The notes under the pieces were generated by a model, which saw only the letters and a list, made by a program, of their open reading frames with translations, had not been told where the DNA came from and searched no databases. A program made the translations under genes and the position numbers. From contig OZ296651.1 of NCBI GenBank assembly GCA_965655095.1, positions 79,546,001 through 79,610,000 on the forward strand: 64,000 bases of DNA, written 5' to 3'. Positions 27,209 to 41,410 of this stretch are shown piece by piece. The stretch comes from Haplodiscus bocki. Taxonomy: Eukaryota. Numbering within the stretch: the stretch's first letter is position 1; every line of letters starts with the position of its first letter.

Positions 27209-28537
27209 AAATCTTTTTACATTTTATACCGGAAAATACAAAAATCTTCCTACTTTCGAAAAACTTTGGACCTTCATTTGTGAAAAACGCCCATAAAATC
27301 TAACGAAAAGACGTGTAACAGGTTTGAATCCCAACATAAGCTATGTTCTCGGAACGTTTATACCAAAAACCGAAAAATCAACTCCATTCTATGAGTATTT
27401 TGAGCTATACGGGCGGCGTTCTTGGTTTGTTAGTGACAGACAATTACTTTTCTCTTGTAACAGATCGTTACTGTTCTCTTGTAACAGAGCGTTCTTGGTT
27501 TGTTTGTGTGTCTGCAGAAATAGCTAATTTCTCTTATCTCCGAAAAATTTGCCTTTCAATCAACTTTGTGACTACGCATACAGCTTAATTTGACAAAGTG
27601 ATGGGTCATGAAGAATTTCTCAAGTTTGAAAACTTCGTCCAAAATAGTACCATGTTGTCTTGGAGCCAGCAAAAGAAGTTAAATTTAGCGATGCGATTTT
27701 CATGAAACTTCGTGCTTTTGGCTTCCAAATCAACTTTTAGCTGCAAATGCATCAAGTAGGGTAAAAAATCGTGGGCTACTGCTCTGAACAGGCTTTTCAC
27801 ACTACCGTCTTCAAAAAATTACTTTCTGAGCGAAGAGCGAGCTTCATTACGCCCTAAGGCGCCTATGTTTTTCACCACGCCTATGTATTCGACGAAATTG
27901 AAGAGCCTTCCCAGTGAAAAGTGGAACCAGAATGCAGTGGAGGACCAAATAGAAGCAAGCATATTATACAGCTAGAACGCGAAAGAGTATTCATTTATGG
28001 AAAATTTTTCGATTTCGGTTCAAAAGTTTTTCACGATTTCACCCTTATATGTACCAGAACATTTTCCTTGGAAGCATATACAGAAGATATTTTAAGCTAA
28101 AGCTTTTTCAGACAGTATAAATTGTAGCAAAGAGGCTACTAAATTTTGAAACTTTCGACAAAATTTCCACAATTTTCACAAAAAAATGCGATTATACGTT
28201 TTCTGTCTCAACTCACAATTTTTTAAATGTACGACCCCCATGGATATTGAGCCTTCAGGCCAATGCTGACTTGGGGCGTTCCCGGCTTGTTCCTTTAGGA
28301 TAGGAGCATTGGAATTGTTCCATACACTTGTGACAGCCATAACCGGAAAGATGAAATCAATGGAACACTTGATGTTCAACTGATTCCCATTCATTTTTCA
28401 AGGCTATGTAAATTATCGAACATACTAAATGCCAAGATGATAGAGCAATAATACACGTAACAATGCTTTTTGTTTTGATGTGTCAAATGTTTTTCCGCGG
28501 TTTAGAATGATACTTTTTTTCATTATTTATTATTGGA

Positions 28538-28600
28538 CGCCGGCAAATTGAGGATCGAACCTGCAACCTAATAGTGATCATCGGTCCTACAATAGTGCCT
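28538..28600 (-). other. tRNA-derived SINE head
   Basis: Minus strand AGGTTGCAGGTTCGATCCT, same AGGTTGC-B-box pattern as 13630 and 27178. Confidence 0.4.
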
Positions 28601-29532
28601 TACTTATTTTGAAACATTTGATATATTAGCTGTGAATTTGTTATTTTCACATACTTCTTAAGAGCGTACAAAAAATTATGCTTGAAATAAGCTCCATTGC
28701 AAGTATTTTACAATTAGTCATAGACTGGAAGAATTATAACGAAAAACCAATGCATTCAAGCTCTAAAATAAATTATTTTTAGTTGATTTAAATTTGAGAC
28801 ATCAATTGAATTCTGATGATTATTTGACTTGTGGCAAAAACTATCAAGTGCATTGAAGCATGAATGTACCTTCTTCCTTTTCTTTTCGAACCTTTATTCT
28901 CGAGCAGTAAAAGTCACTCCTGAAATCATTTTTAGTTCACGCAGCTCTCCTTCATTTCAAGTAAACTCAGTAAAACGGAAATTTTTACTTTTTTGGATGA
29001 AAAAGTCGAAAAATTGCAAGCAATAATGAATGATCATAAAATAATTTTATCGAATTTTCTCTTGAAAAAGTGTTGCATCAAGTCAATGGTTGACATTAAA
29101 CGTAGCACGCATATAGTGCACAGATAAAATTGATAACTTAGTAAAGTTCATAGAGCTATCTAAAATAGAAAAAGCACCTTTATCATAAAAATCTAACGGA
29201 GAACAGAAGAATTAAAGGAACATATGGCAGAAAGAAATGACTTCTGTACAATTAAAAATAATATTTTGCAAACAGCGTAGATTTATTTCAAATTCACCAA
29301 TTGGCTCTTCTTTCACTGTTCTTTTATGTTGTCAACAGTGATTGCATGAGTTTACTGAAATGCATTCTTGAATATCAAATTTTTTCAACGCTGTGAGATA
29401 GAAACTATGTATATGTTGAAAATATGTATAGTGTATGTATTATATTTGCTTTTGACGATGAACTATGACATTATTAACTGAACTGCAAATTTTTGCGCTG
29501 CTGTATTGAGTTCTCCGTTCCAGACATTCGCA

Positions 29533-30505
29533 TCAATCAACGGAGTCTGAAGTACTATTGGTTTCGGTCGTTGAACTCAAGGGAGGCGAACAGGGTTCAG
29601 ATTTGATTTCGATAACTGGGGTGAAGATTGAATCGAGACCTGCTCCGTTTGTAGAGGGAGTGATACCCATTGCAGAAGTGAATATGGGAGTCCAGGCAAA
29701 ACTTGCCGCAGACCCTTTAAATTGCCCCCCAACGGTGCAGCCAGTAAGGATATTATTGCCATTGGTCGACACCCCTAACAAGGGAGTAGAAGGGGTGAAT
29801 TTGGAAGTTACGTCATTCAGGAAGCTCGCCATGCTGAGCACAGGGGTTTCTGCATTGACTAAAAAACATTCACTGGAAAAGAACCTAATGGGAGCATGAT
29901 TGTAATAAAATAGACGCATATTTTTTCATCATACTAGGTAGACAGTGAGTATGACGGTACTTCTGAAATATTTAAGTTTACAATAGAGCTTATTCCCATA
30001 GCAAAGTCATTATTAGTTTGTCCAAATTATTCTATAATTATGATTTGACAATTACAATTGTAAATTATCTTGCGTTTCAAAAAATGCGACAGGTTAAAAA
30101 CTAACTTTCACTCATTTCTGAAGGTGGAGTTACTGGGGTTGTGATTAACGGCAAGGTGAAATTTTTGCTGGACTTTCCTAAAGATTCTTCCGATGACAAG
30201 CTTGAATTTCCCCCTGCGTAGTTGACTTCGTCGTTAGATTGCGATTTTCGATTTGTAGGATCCGTCTCATCCTTCTGTGAAGTTGAGCTCCCCTGTCCAC
30301 TGCCAGAGCTACTGCATGATTCATGCAAGTTCAAGGTCAAACGTTTGGAAGTTGCTAAGCTCATGGCCGATATTGAAGGGGTCGTGTGAGACGAGGTCTC
30401 CGATAATTTTCCTCCAAGCACCAGAAGCTTCAAAGATCCCTCAGCACTGAAGGCTGTTGGAAGCACGTGTTCTAATCTACCAGCCGATGGCAAATCTTCA
30501 ATGTT
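29533..30505 (-). CDS. Probable C-terminal exons of the Fos-like gene (30106..30505 and 29533..29858), Ser/Thr/Pro-rich
   Basis: Acceptor TTTTCAG|AAC at 30505 is phase 0, matching the donor TCG|GTTAGT at 41922. Donor A|GTTAGT (30106) and acceptor TTTTTAG|TC (29858) are both phase 1. GC-richer coding-like composition with many TP/SP sites; AATAAA at 29282-29287. Linkage across the 11.4-kb intron is inferred. Confidence 0.68.
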
Positions 30506-30879
30506 CTGAAAAATTCATGCCAATATCACTAAAAGACTGAATTAGCCATCATCCAATGCTGCAACCTCCTGACATAGATTTATTTTAAATGAGCGAAACA
30601 TTGCTCATTTGAAACTAAGATCCTTTAATTCATTTACAAAATTACAGACACAAATATTGAACTGTTTTAATGGAAATGTTTGAGCTATTAAAATGAAGAG
30701 TTCAAAGTCTGGGTTATGTTTGCAAATTAAAGGAAAGACGCGCTGGAAACACAAAGTGGCTCTTGGGTGGAGCAATGTATTCATTCAAAGACCTACAATT
30801 AAGCCAACTTAAGTTTTCGCAGTGAATTCTTCGTTGAATCTGTTCATTTTGGACCACTGAGGAAGTTATTTGAACTCTA

Positions 30880-32350
30880 AAAACTACAGTAGTGACAAAA
30901 AGTCGCATCAAGGCACTCAAAAAAGACCGAACTTGAGAAATCTCATTGGGTAATTAAGATAAACACGCAAAAACTATTGTTCCACTTGAGACAATTCCTA
31001 TTAATTTTGCACTTTTACCTAATTTTGAGCATGTGATAAAATTATTTTCGCCAAAATTCTCTTCCCAAAAAATCCCCTGAATCTCCTGAAGCCACTGATA
31101 CCTTTTGGCGCTTTTCTGTAAAATCGAAATTTTAAATTTGCAAATTTCAAAACCCAATGCTAATGCATGTGAAATCAAAAATCGTTATTTTGGGAGCTTG
31201 AAATTTTTACTATTTTAAATTATTTTTGATTCAAAACATATCAGTGGTTTCAAGATGGTCAGAAGAATTTTTGAATTAAAAATTTGCCGAAAAACAATTT
31301 TTAAGCTGATCAAAATCGAGAAAAAAACGCAAATTTGAGCCAAAAGAGTTATTCGTAACTTTTGCAATTTTGATCGCAGTTTTACATAAAATCGAATGTA
31401 AACTAGAAAAAATTCTAAGAAACTTTTAGTCAAGACATTTTGGAGAAACTTTTACAGATTTTTGGTGACATTTGAATTCGAGATTTCTGCTTTAATGCGT
31501 TTATTTTCATCACTGCTTTAGAGCGAGCATTCTACCGAGAGTTTTCTAGAAGAATGGAGCTTAAGAACCTTCACTGACGCTATTTAGCCCATAGGATTTC
31601 ATTATATGCTCTCAATTTGTACTGTAGCTCAATATTTTCCGCCAGATGTACAATACAGACAAATCATACACCGAGAGTACTTTTTGGTAGAATAATGTAA
31701 ATAAAACTAAAGTAGTGATAAACAGAAGCACATCAAAACACAACTTCCAAATTATACTATCAACAAAAATTTGGCATTTTTCAAAATCCCTTGAGTAGTA
31801 GTTTGTTGAAGTTTCATCTAGTTTACAATCGTTTTTGCTGGAAACTACGGTCAATATTGCAAAAGTTACGGATAACCAGTTTAAAAATTTGGCTCAAGCT
31901 AGAGGCTTTTCCATTCTTCGATTAAATTTTACAAATGTCTTGCGACAAAATTTTTATTCAAAAAACTCCCCCTGACCATCTTGAAGCCACTGCTATGTTT
32001 TGAATCAAAAACTATTGAAAGAAGTGAAAATCGAGCTCCCAAAATATTGATTTTTATATTCACATGGATTACCATAGAATTCTGGAATTTGCTTCGACGA
32101 AACTTTCATTTTACAGAAAGACTCTACTGAACTTTGATATCAAAAGCTATCAGTGGCTTCAGGAGAATCTTTTGGGAACTTTGGCGAAAAGAATTTTATA
32201 ACACATTCAAAAATCGTAAGAAGAGCAAAATCAAAGGAAATAGTCCGAAGCGGACCAATAATATTTGCACTTTTATCTTAATTAGACAATATAATCTCTA
32301 CAAATAGGTCTACTTTGGGTGCCTTGATGCGTTCAATTTAATCACTTCTA
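30880..32350. mobile_element. About 1.5-kb degenerate palindrome (foldback/MITE-like) in the Fos intron
   Basis: Inverted pairs: gcatcaaggcactcaaa (30904) / tttgggtgccttgatgc (32313); ctcctgaagccactgata (31084) / tatcagtggcttcaggag (32148); gttattcgtaactttt.gcaat (31348) / attgcaaaagttacggataac (31856). Arms converge near 31600. Confidence 0.8.
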
Positions 32351-32919
32351 TTTATGCTGATGTTTCTACATTCAGGGGTTCTTTTGAAATTCATTTTCGA
32401 GTTGTCCTTTTAGTATTACTCGGTTTACATACGGATTACCGAAAATTAACGATGACGTACTTATCCAGCAGCTCATTTTTCGTTTTCTCCAAAGAATGGT
32501 CTCTTGCGAGGCTCGAGCATGAAAGCAGAAGCAATTGAAGATGACATTTATGAAGTAAGATTTTTGATTAGTCAAACTTTGATTTAAATTTTAGGGAAAT
32601 CCGTTTTAGAGTTTGAAAAGAAATGAAAAAATGAAATATCTTCCGAAATATTGAAAAAAGAATTTGTGAAAGTATAACACAGAAATCTTTTAACCATAGA
32701 TGGATCCATGAACAAAGGCACATTTGGAGAAGAGATTCAAAAACATAGGCACAAAGCACTTAGTGCTAGGCTCACAGTAAGAGCTTCTCAGAAAAAAAGG
32801 AGAACTGTGTCATCACTTTTCAAACCTGTGGCTCAAGGATTTCAAATAAAGCTTAGGATCTAAATGTAAATGTAACCAAATAATCTCCGAACAAAGCAGT
32901 TTTCAAGTTTTTGTCGCAA

Positions 32920-33960
32920 CAAAGCTATGCGGAAAATTCTGGCCGCAATCAAAATCTGTTACGTGAAAGATTGGCGCCTCCCTGTAATGACAATGGAAAA
33001 TCTGGCCAATTTCTAGACTTCGCTTCCACACTATCGGACTAGGATTTGACTAAAACCAATTGAAAAACATCTGACCGCAACGAATATTCATACGTACAAG
33101 ATTATTTTACGTAAAAACTCCTTGCTATGCCAATGGATAATATGGATCATATTTTAAACTAATCTCTCCGGACACAGGCGTGAAATTTGATCTGAAAATG
33201 TTCAAAATCACCTGATTTTCAGATCTCTCTCGCAAAAAAGCCTTCAAAAAACAACATGACCGCAGCCGAACAATAGATCCCTCATAGGAATGCCCTTGTT
33301 ATGCCTCGCTAAAAAATGTGTTGTTCTAGACTTATCTCAAAGAATATAGGAATATATTTTGGAGAAAAATATTCAAAGTAACTCGAATTATACGATTCCG
33401 TCACGAAAAACTGCTCCCACAACCATAACAGAGTACCTGATAGATTTAGGTCACCTTGTTATGCCTATTCAAAGAAAAGTAGACTAAGGACTCAAGTGAC
33501 AACAATTAAACTTGATGAAAACCTTCGGAAACACAAAAAAAAAACATTTTCAAGTATCTGTCGCAAAAAAATCTACCGAAGAAATGTCACATCTGAACTG
33601 AATTTTACCATATCATATTGCGCACTCTCCTTATCCAAGCTTACGCAAAATTTAAGTGATTTCGAACAATCTTTGAATAAACGACTTCTGAAAGACTAGG
33701 TATTGTCAAACTAGCCCAAAAATGGCCCGATTTTCAAGATTCTTTCCCTGAAAACCTATCGCAATGTCGGACAACTACCGAACTTTTGTATGTGCTAGAT
33801 TAAAGGTTCTCCAAAAAGCAAACTAAAACCGTGAAATAGTTGAGAAAATAAGCATTGAAAAATTTGAAAAACTTTCAAATGTAACGAAAAATTGAAAAAC
33901 ATCTCTGCATTTTCCAGTGTTGGCATGTAAAGAGGCTTTGCTCGGCTCGCCTACAACAAT
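32920..33960 (+). repeat. Long diverged dispersed repeat (family C), second copy
   Basis: Patchy colinear similarity to 20300-21570. Confidence 0.45.
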
Positions 33961-36900
33961 AACCTAGCTCTCTGGCATTGCCATTGCACTTCCCAGTCGG
34001 TCTTTCAGTTTTCCTTTGGTCCCGATACAGCCATTCAGAAAACATTAATATTACCTCATTTATAACATAACATTCCCAATATTAAAAATATAGGCCGAAA
34101 TGAAACCAAACAATTTTCATTTCTGCGTGAATGTAGCCCTTTCTAAAAGCGTTGTAAAGTTTCCTGGGACACTACACTACATGGGTGCGATTACTGGAAA
34201 AAATTCCTGAACGCTTTCTTATGTCCATTAAAAGGCTTCAATATCATACGTAGAATAATACGCCTTAAACTACTCTCACTTTGGAGCTCATTTGTTTCTT
34301 GGCCCATGGTTTCCGTATAAAAGTTTAATTGTAATCAATCCTCTTTTGAACGAGAATACTTCACTTTTTCATACTTACAAAAGGAGTAGTGTTCTTTTCA
34401 TTGAGACTATTTCTGGGTAAAGAATTTCAAACACTCTCTGATCACCAGCCAGTGCCAACGGTGATTAAGATCCCGTTTCAAGGTAAGAAAAGGCCACTGA
34501 AAGTGCAGGTGCGGGATTGCATTCTTTTGAAAAACAAATTTACAAGTCCTACAAAAATGACTTTTGTTCTGAATTTTTCACGCATAAAACTTAAAACAAG
34601 CGAGGAATACCCAAGGCTACGCTTTGTTTATGAATAAATGTGGCTTTTCGACAAAAACTTAGTAAAATCCCTTCATTGTTGTCATTAGTGAAAACTTTAC
34701 CGTAGTGCCAAAATTTTGTACAGGGAATCTTGATGCGATACATACTGCCTCAGAATTTTTACAGATAAAATTCTTTCAAAAGCTTTCCAATAGAGATTAT
34801 TTCTAAAACTCAAAGCGCGGGACACCTGTTCGGCTAACGAATATTTAACATTTTGAACAAGTCCTGCGCCAATTAAATAAACCGCGGATTGTCATCAAAA
34901 CCCAATAGTACATAGAAGAGACTGTTATGGGAATGCTCAGGCAACGATTGGTTCGGTTACCAGATCATGAGCAAACTTGCACTGTTTCGAGAACAATGTC
35001 ACCATTTGACATGAATTTCAAACCGACTTTTCAGGAAACTTTGCAACGAAAACCATTTCATAATGGTACTTTTCTTGAATAACGGTTTGCAAAATTATGG
35101 GATAAAAAACAGTCGAGCAGTTATTCAGCCGTGAGCAAAATTATTACGTGAAGGATTGGAGTGTCTTTTATTCTTATTCAAAACCTAGGTGATTTTGAGA
35201 CGTATAAGCTAGGATATTGGACCACGAGAGCGTGCTTCCCCAAAAATCTCCAGTGAATACAAAGGCGTTATCACGAACTTTTTCGATTTTTGAACGCAAT
35301 GATGCAAATAGTTGCATCAGGCCCACAAATTCGACAAACTCTTAAAAGTGGATCCATTCGCAGTGAGGTCTGTTGCCTTACAAAAACAGTGAATAATAGT
35401 AGGCAATTTTCCAGTAAAGCGATGATCGAAATATGCAGTTCGGGAACGGCTTGTGATTAAGCAATTTTATCAAAATTATACATCAATTGAACCAGTATTC
35501 TGGCTAAAATGAAACATTGAAAGGAATAAGTTGGAATGCTTCCACTCAATCATTGTTAAACATGTTATTTTTAATTCAATTATTCCGATTCTATTTTTGG
35601 TCTTATACAGTCTACTTCTAGCTTCAAAATAAAAAAAATGATCGACCAAATCACTGGTTTGAACTTTGTTGAATTGTGTCTGTGAGTTAGTCGTCCTGTA
35701 GCCCCACTTGAGTGTTAGTACACGGTAATCTTGATTTGTTTAGCCGCTAGTAGTTCTCTATCATTACTTGAAAGTCATTACAACGTAATAAAACCTCCCT
35801 TCTTGTCTCCCGCTTAATTAACTCGTCAGCAACGTGTCAATGACACCGTAAACAAACTCAACAGACTTCAGGAGGAAACTCACGGGCGCATTCACAACGC
35901 GATCCAAAAGAAATCACTCAAAAGAAATGTTAGGTCAATCAGAAGCAACACAACACCCAACCCAACTTTGCTGAAACCGTGCGAAGACCAAGTCGCCTCA
36001 ATCGCCCAAAACTGGACAAGATGCAAGTGGTTTCAACAAATCAACAAGAAATCATGCAAAAGTTAGTTTGTGGATCACGAGTTCACTGATCAAGAACATT
36101 ATCCACGGGGAAAATAGTTTGACTTGGGCAAAAAATGGGCTAGTCCAAAGTTAGTTCCAACTGGAGTTTCTATTGCAGTGTCTACGAGACAGCGTGATGC
36201 CGTCAGGCCAGGGTTTTCTGTTGCACCGGTCTCATCGTCAAAGCTCCCCTGGTGGTACTGTCTTCCGAAAATTACACTAGATCACCAACTTCCAGGAATC
36301 TTCGCAAAAAAAATGCAGCCTCTTTCACTTTCCGGAAGGAACTCACTGTGAGCCTACCCTTTCTAGCGACGACGAGTCATAGAAAATTACAGAAATCACC
36401 AACCAGCAGAAAAAAGATTGCATTTAAGGCATCATCCTACTTGTAGTCACTGCTAACTTTGCTAACTTTAGTGACTGGTCAAATGTTTAAGAAGGATTCA
36501 CTTTGTACAACAAAAGTTAGGAAGAAGTCTCGTCAATTCTGCAGATCCCAAAGATAACAGGAAAGGGTGCTTGAACTAACAAGACCGATGTCCCGCCAAA
36601 AAGAGGGACCACAGCTGGATTCCTTCATTACTGCCTCCTTTATACAGAGGCGAAGCTGTGCTCCGCAAATATTGTCGACGAAACTGAGAAAGAGTATCAC
36701 CTACTGATCAAAACCGCTCAATTGATACTCGTAAAGTTTTCAATAGAGCAAAATTTACAGAAAAATGCTTCAACTGAAAACAAATTAGGAAGCATATCTG
36801 TCCAGAAGTAAGCCTATTCAACACGATTCAAATTAGGCATTCGATGGCCGGATCCAACCGACGATCTCCGAGAAAGTTTGAAAAGTTCATATCAAAATTC

Positions 36901-38743
36901 AAGAAATTCTCGTGAAAGGTATGAAATGGGACATTCCGGTTCGTCCGCGGATCCTCAATCTTCGCAGTTATTCGTATTGCAGGTTTTGAATGAGCTTCTA
37001 GATGCCCGCAACCGAACTAATAGTTTTCGAGAAAAAAAAACGCAAGTCTTTGGAAAACATTGAAAATTTTTTGAATTTCAAATGTCAAGAAAGTTAAAGT
37101 TGAATGTATGGTACGAGATATCCTTGCATCTCTACAATTTGTCGTTGTTGCACACTTTTGAAGGAACGAATATTAGCAATACGAAAAATATTGAAGAAAA
37201 ACAAATTATTGCACTGTGAAATAACAATTAATTGACACTATATATTAAAGTTATTCAAAGAAAACTTGCATAATAGTTCGGGATTGCTGATCTATTTAAC
37301 TGATTCACCACGCGTTTCAAGCTCAATTTGACATCGCAAATGTGAAAATATACCTGGATGATTTGATGCAAACTCACTCAAAGGACATACTGAGATTATC
37401 GGACACAATAGAACACCTAGCTTTGCTGCAACTGGAAGAATCAGGTCGCCTCAATTGCTTAATACTGGACAAGATGTAAAAAGTTTTGGAATACGGACAG
37501 ACGTCAGGCTGTTCACCGTTCCGTGGCTCCGAGTCTTCTTTCAGCGCCTCTAACCGGAGAACCAGTGGGAACGACCAACCCACTCCGTTTAATGACTACC
37601 GCTCAAAGCAGCTAACTCAAACGATCTGGCTCCCCTGTTGACATATCGTGGTTGGAAACGTGAGGCACTTTCTAAAAATGCGCCGTAACATCCATCTGGT
37701 GCTCACTTTATTCCTCACCTTCTACGTATGGCCACCAGCATCCAACAACCTGCTCCTTAATTTCAACCTCCTATGCATAAAAGTGAACAAAGAGCTATCT
37801 CTCAAAGAGCTTTCAAAGAAACCATTCTCCAACCGCACCGATCAAAAGTTGCCACTTCCTGAATTTACCATCAAACTGAAAAGTTAATTACAACCGTAAA
37901 CAGAATTCAGGAGTTCACTGTGCCCGTCCACAAGCAGCACATGTTCATCTTAAATAGTCAATCCTAAAACACTTTTAGTAAATTATAGTAAACATTTTAT
38001 TACACAATCAAGGACAGATTCCAATAAATCCAGCAGAAATCATGAAAAACTCAAGTTTTTGAATCATGAGTTGATTATGTACACAGAGGCGAAGCTTAGC
38101 TTCGCAAACACTTGCGAGGACGTTAACATGCGAGCACACGCGCAATCAAAAACATGAGTGCTTTCGAAATATTAAGGTGAACCTGATGTTTCTAATTTGA
38201 ACAAGACAAATTCTGAAACCGATATTTATCAACAGCAATGAATTGCAAACTTTCCCATGAATGCAATTGAAAAAGTAACATTCTTTAAAAATGATGAAAT
38301 GTAGCGCTTTCGGAAGAACAGTTGATTTTTTGGAAAATGGGAAAAGAAGGCCAATTTGATGAATTGGAATAAAATAGTTACACTTACTTCAAACTAATTT
38401 TACATTCAAATTTTGGGTTCTTTTGAAAAACAAGCCAAAATGCGGGAAAAAGTGTAGAAAATGCTGAAGAAAGGTTATTTATCGGAAAAATTTTCATCTA
38501 AAAGCTGCAAGGCTAGATATGTCCCGGTGGTACTTTGGCATCTTGTTCAATAATAACTCATCGTTTACCCGCCAACTTGGGGAATAGAATGAACTATAGT
38601 CCGCCAAAACCACATTCCATTTTCCCGCCCAATTATAGCAAGCGAGAGTGAAGTCTTGATTCTGCGGTATTTGATAGAACTGCTCACGGTAGGAAAAAAG
38701 TACCCAAATATCCGGGTTCAAGCCATTTGCTAACGTAAGTGTG

Positions 38744-39500
38744 ACACAGCTGCCATGCTGTGCTTCACAAATACTCGCGACACCAAACAGGCTTCCAGCA
38801 ACCCGTTAGTGGAATGTCTTTGGCGTAACGGTTACACCAAGACCAAGTAAACCCAGCAAATCAATTTCTGTACAATTTAAAGAAACCGATGATATTATCT
38901 TGAAGATGAAAGCTTTCAAATATTGTTTAAACAACCCCCAAGAACCGATATTTGTTTTCCAGAACATTTTTGTTGGAAAATTCAAAACTTTCAACGAAAG
39001 ATGCAAAAGACTAGTTGGATAACTGATGTGAAAAAACATTCAACAGACCAACTCTGGCACTGGAGGACCTCCAACTAGGAGGAATCAGATAACCACCAGA
39101 TAGAAATACTGCGACGAAGAGATGCCCAGAATAATTCGACGAAAAATCAAAATCGCAAAGTTCTTATGAAGAAATGTGGAAGTTTGGCGCAGCCAATCAC
39201 GGTTGCCCTGGTATTCATCCAGCCAATGATTAGTCGAAGTAGCCATGAAGACAAAATCCAATCACTAGTTTTAAAAAAAATACAGATTCGATGACCGATA
39301 ACACAAGAAAAAGCAATGGAAAATATCTTCAATACTTTTTAAACACTATCAAGAGATTCCACGATGAAAATTGAAAATAGATCACCCCGGCTACTAGCCA
39401 GAAGCCAGCCAATGGGAACGAGTAGTTGAGTTAACAAAGAAGTGGAGCAGCACAGGATTGACTCAACTCGACCAGTAGTCACAAGAAAACGACTTCAAAC
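38744..39500 (+). mobile_element. HINE-like family B copy
   Basis: Homologous to 13144-14300. Confidence 0.55.
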
Positions 39501-39514
39501 GAACGACACAGGTG

Positions 39515-40050
39515 ACAGAGGCGAAGCAGAACTTCGCAACACAGTCTGACTAGTCAATTGAGCTCATAGATCTTGAGCAAATCAAAGGCCCTGAGAGATA
39601 CTTGAAAAGTGATGGGTTACACGATTGACACTTTGAGAAACACTACACCTCCGGCTGTCTGCCTAAACGCTGTTCAAGGTTGAAACGAAACAAAAGCCGG
39701 TGATAGTTTCTGATCCTCGAAAAGTTGATATGTCAGTTATGGCTTTTGCTAGTCGCCAATTTCCATCTCAACATTGAAAAACACTTACTCAGCATACAAC
39801 GACAAAGAATGAACAACACTATGTGTTAAAAAAACGCTACATGTAAAACCTCGAGTTCTCAAAAAGGGCCATAATTTGTCAACAAGCCATCAAAGCAACA
39901 TCAAAATTTCTTTCATCTCTGATATTTTGTTAACTGATGTTAATCACTTTCAAACCTCAAAAAGTTCACAGGTAACCTTTTTTCAGACAACTAATAGACT
40001 GCCGACACTGTCTCATTCAAAATGTTAGAATTTCAGCAAAAAAAATTGAA
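39515..40050 (+). mobile_element. HINE-like family A copy (partial)
   Basis: Colinear with 40648-41170 (caaatcaaaggccc.gagagata, tcagcatacaacga.aaaga.tgaacaa.acta, caaacctc.aaaagttc.ca.gtaac). Confidence 0.7.
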
Positions 40051-40647
40051 AACGTTGAGCCGTGCCACTCCACACGACTGCAGGAAATCGCTTGCGTGCT
40101 GCATGGACGCAATTTGACCTATAAACCCTAACAAAAACACTTTGAACAAAAGACAAGATAAAAAACCGTCATTCAAACTGTCAACTAGATAATCTCCAGA
40201 ATGAGTTTAAGATGCTCCACCGTAGTTAGTTGCAACCTGAAAGAAATCGATGATACGCCACGAAAAAAATTGGACTCCAACGCGGCATGAACAAACTTCA
40301 GGAATACGGGGCACGCATACCGTACCAGCCATGGGATTTTTTTGAGTTCTAAGGACGTCCGAAGAAAATAAAGCCGTCCGCCATGCACTTCGTTTGCTCG
40401 CTCCTCTGAACAAAACAGTCGAATGATTTCTAACTGGTTACAAGACGCCCAGTAGCACTGCGAAGATTTCCAACAACAGCAGCTTAAAACGCTAAAAAAA
40501 ACGTGAACCGTGTATTGCGAAAGATTTTTTGTGTAGAACAGAGCAACCTGCACAGTGTTGCATTGGAAATTTTTTTGAGAGGAAAACATGTCCCCAATGT
40601 ATATGATGTCTTTGCTTTGGGTTCCTTAATTGTTTTGCCAAAAATTC

Positions 40648-41410
40648 ACACAGAGGCGAATCTGAACTTCGCAACGCATTCTGACTCGTCAGTTGAGATC
40701 GAAGATCGTTAACAAATCAAAGGCCCGGAGAGATATCTGAACAATGATAGGATACATGATACACACTTCTCGAAAAACTTTTACAGTTGTCTGTTGAAAG
40801 GTTGTTTGAGAAACTCGAAATGAAACAACAATCTCTAACAGTGTCTGATATTCGAAAAGGTGATGTCAATCATGGCTTTTTAGATTCGCTAAATTGCAGT
40901 CCAATGTTTGAAAGACTATCTCAGCATACAACGAAAAAGATTGAACAATACTACGTGTCTCAAAAAAATGGTACACATGAAAATTTCGAGCTTTCAAAAT
41001 GGCCAATATTGGTGAACAAAAGGTCAAGACAAATTGAGAAATTTTTATCTTCTATGTTTTGTTAAATAGTAATAATCTTTCAAACCTCGAAAAGTTCGCA
41101 AGTAACGTTTTTTGAGACACTCAATAGACTGCCCACACTGTCTGATATTCAGAACATTGTTATCTGAAACATTACATTTAAGAACGCTGTCGGTAATTTT
41201 TCCAACCAATGTTCATAAATTCTGCACTTTCCAAAACACAAAAATAAATGTACCTGCCAAGACTATTCAAAAAAGGCCCTTTTCGACAATTTACACTAAA
41301 TGACTAGACTCTCTGATGACAACACACAGATGCAAGTTTTGGACAGAATAAAAAACTATGCATAGACCGGTTTGCAATACACATTGTTCCTTTCAGCCAG
41401 AATGTGTGAA
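40648..41410 (+). mobile_element. HINE-like family A copy
   Basis: Terminus ACACAGAGGCGAAtctgaacTTCGC; homologous to 417-1220 and 39515-40050. Confidence 0.7.

Noticed and set aside
35850-37900. Possible retroelement relics (STRQRDAVRPGF resembling RT QG motif; GGH...RKCLT resembling integrase zinc finger)
   Set aside because: Motifs are too short and degenerate to call without a profile search.
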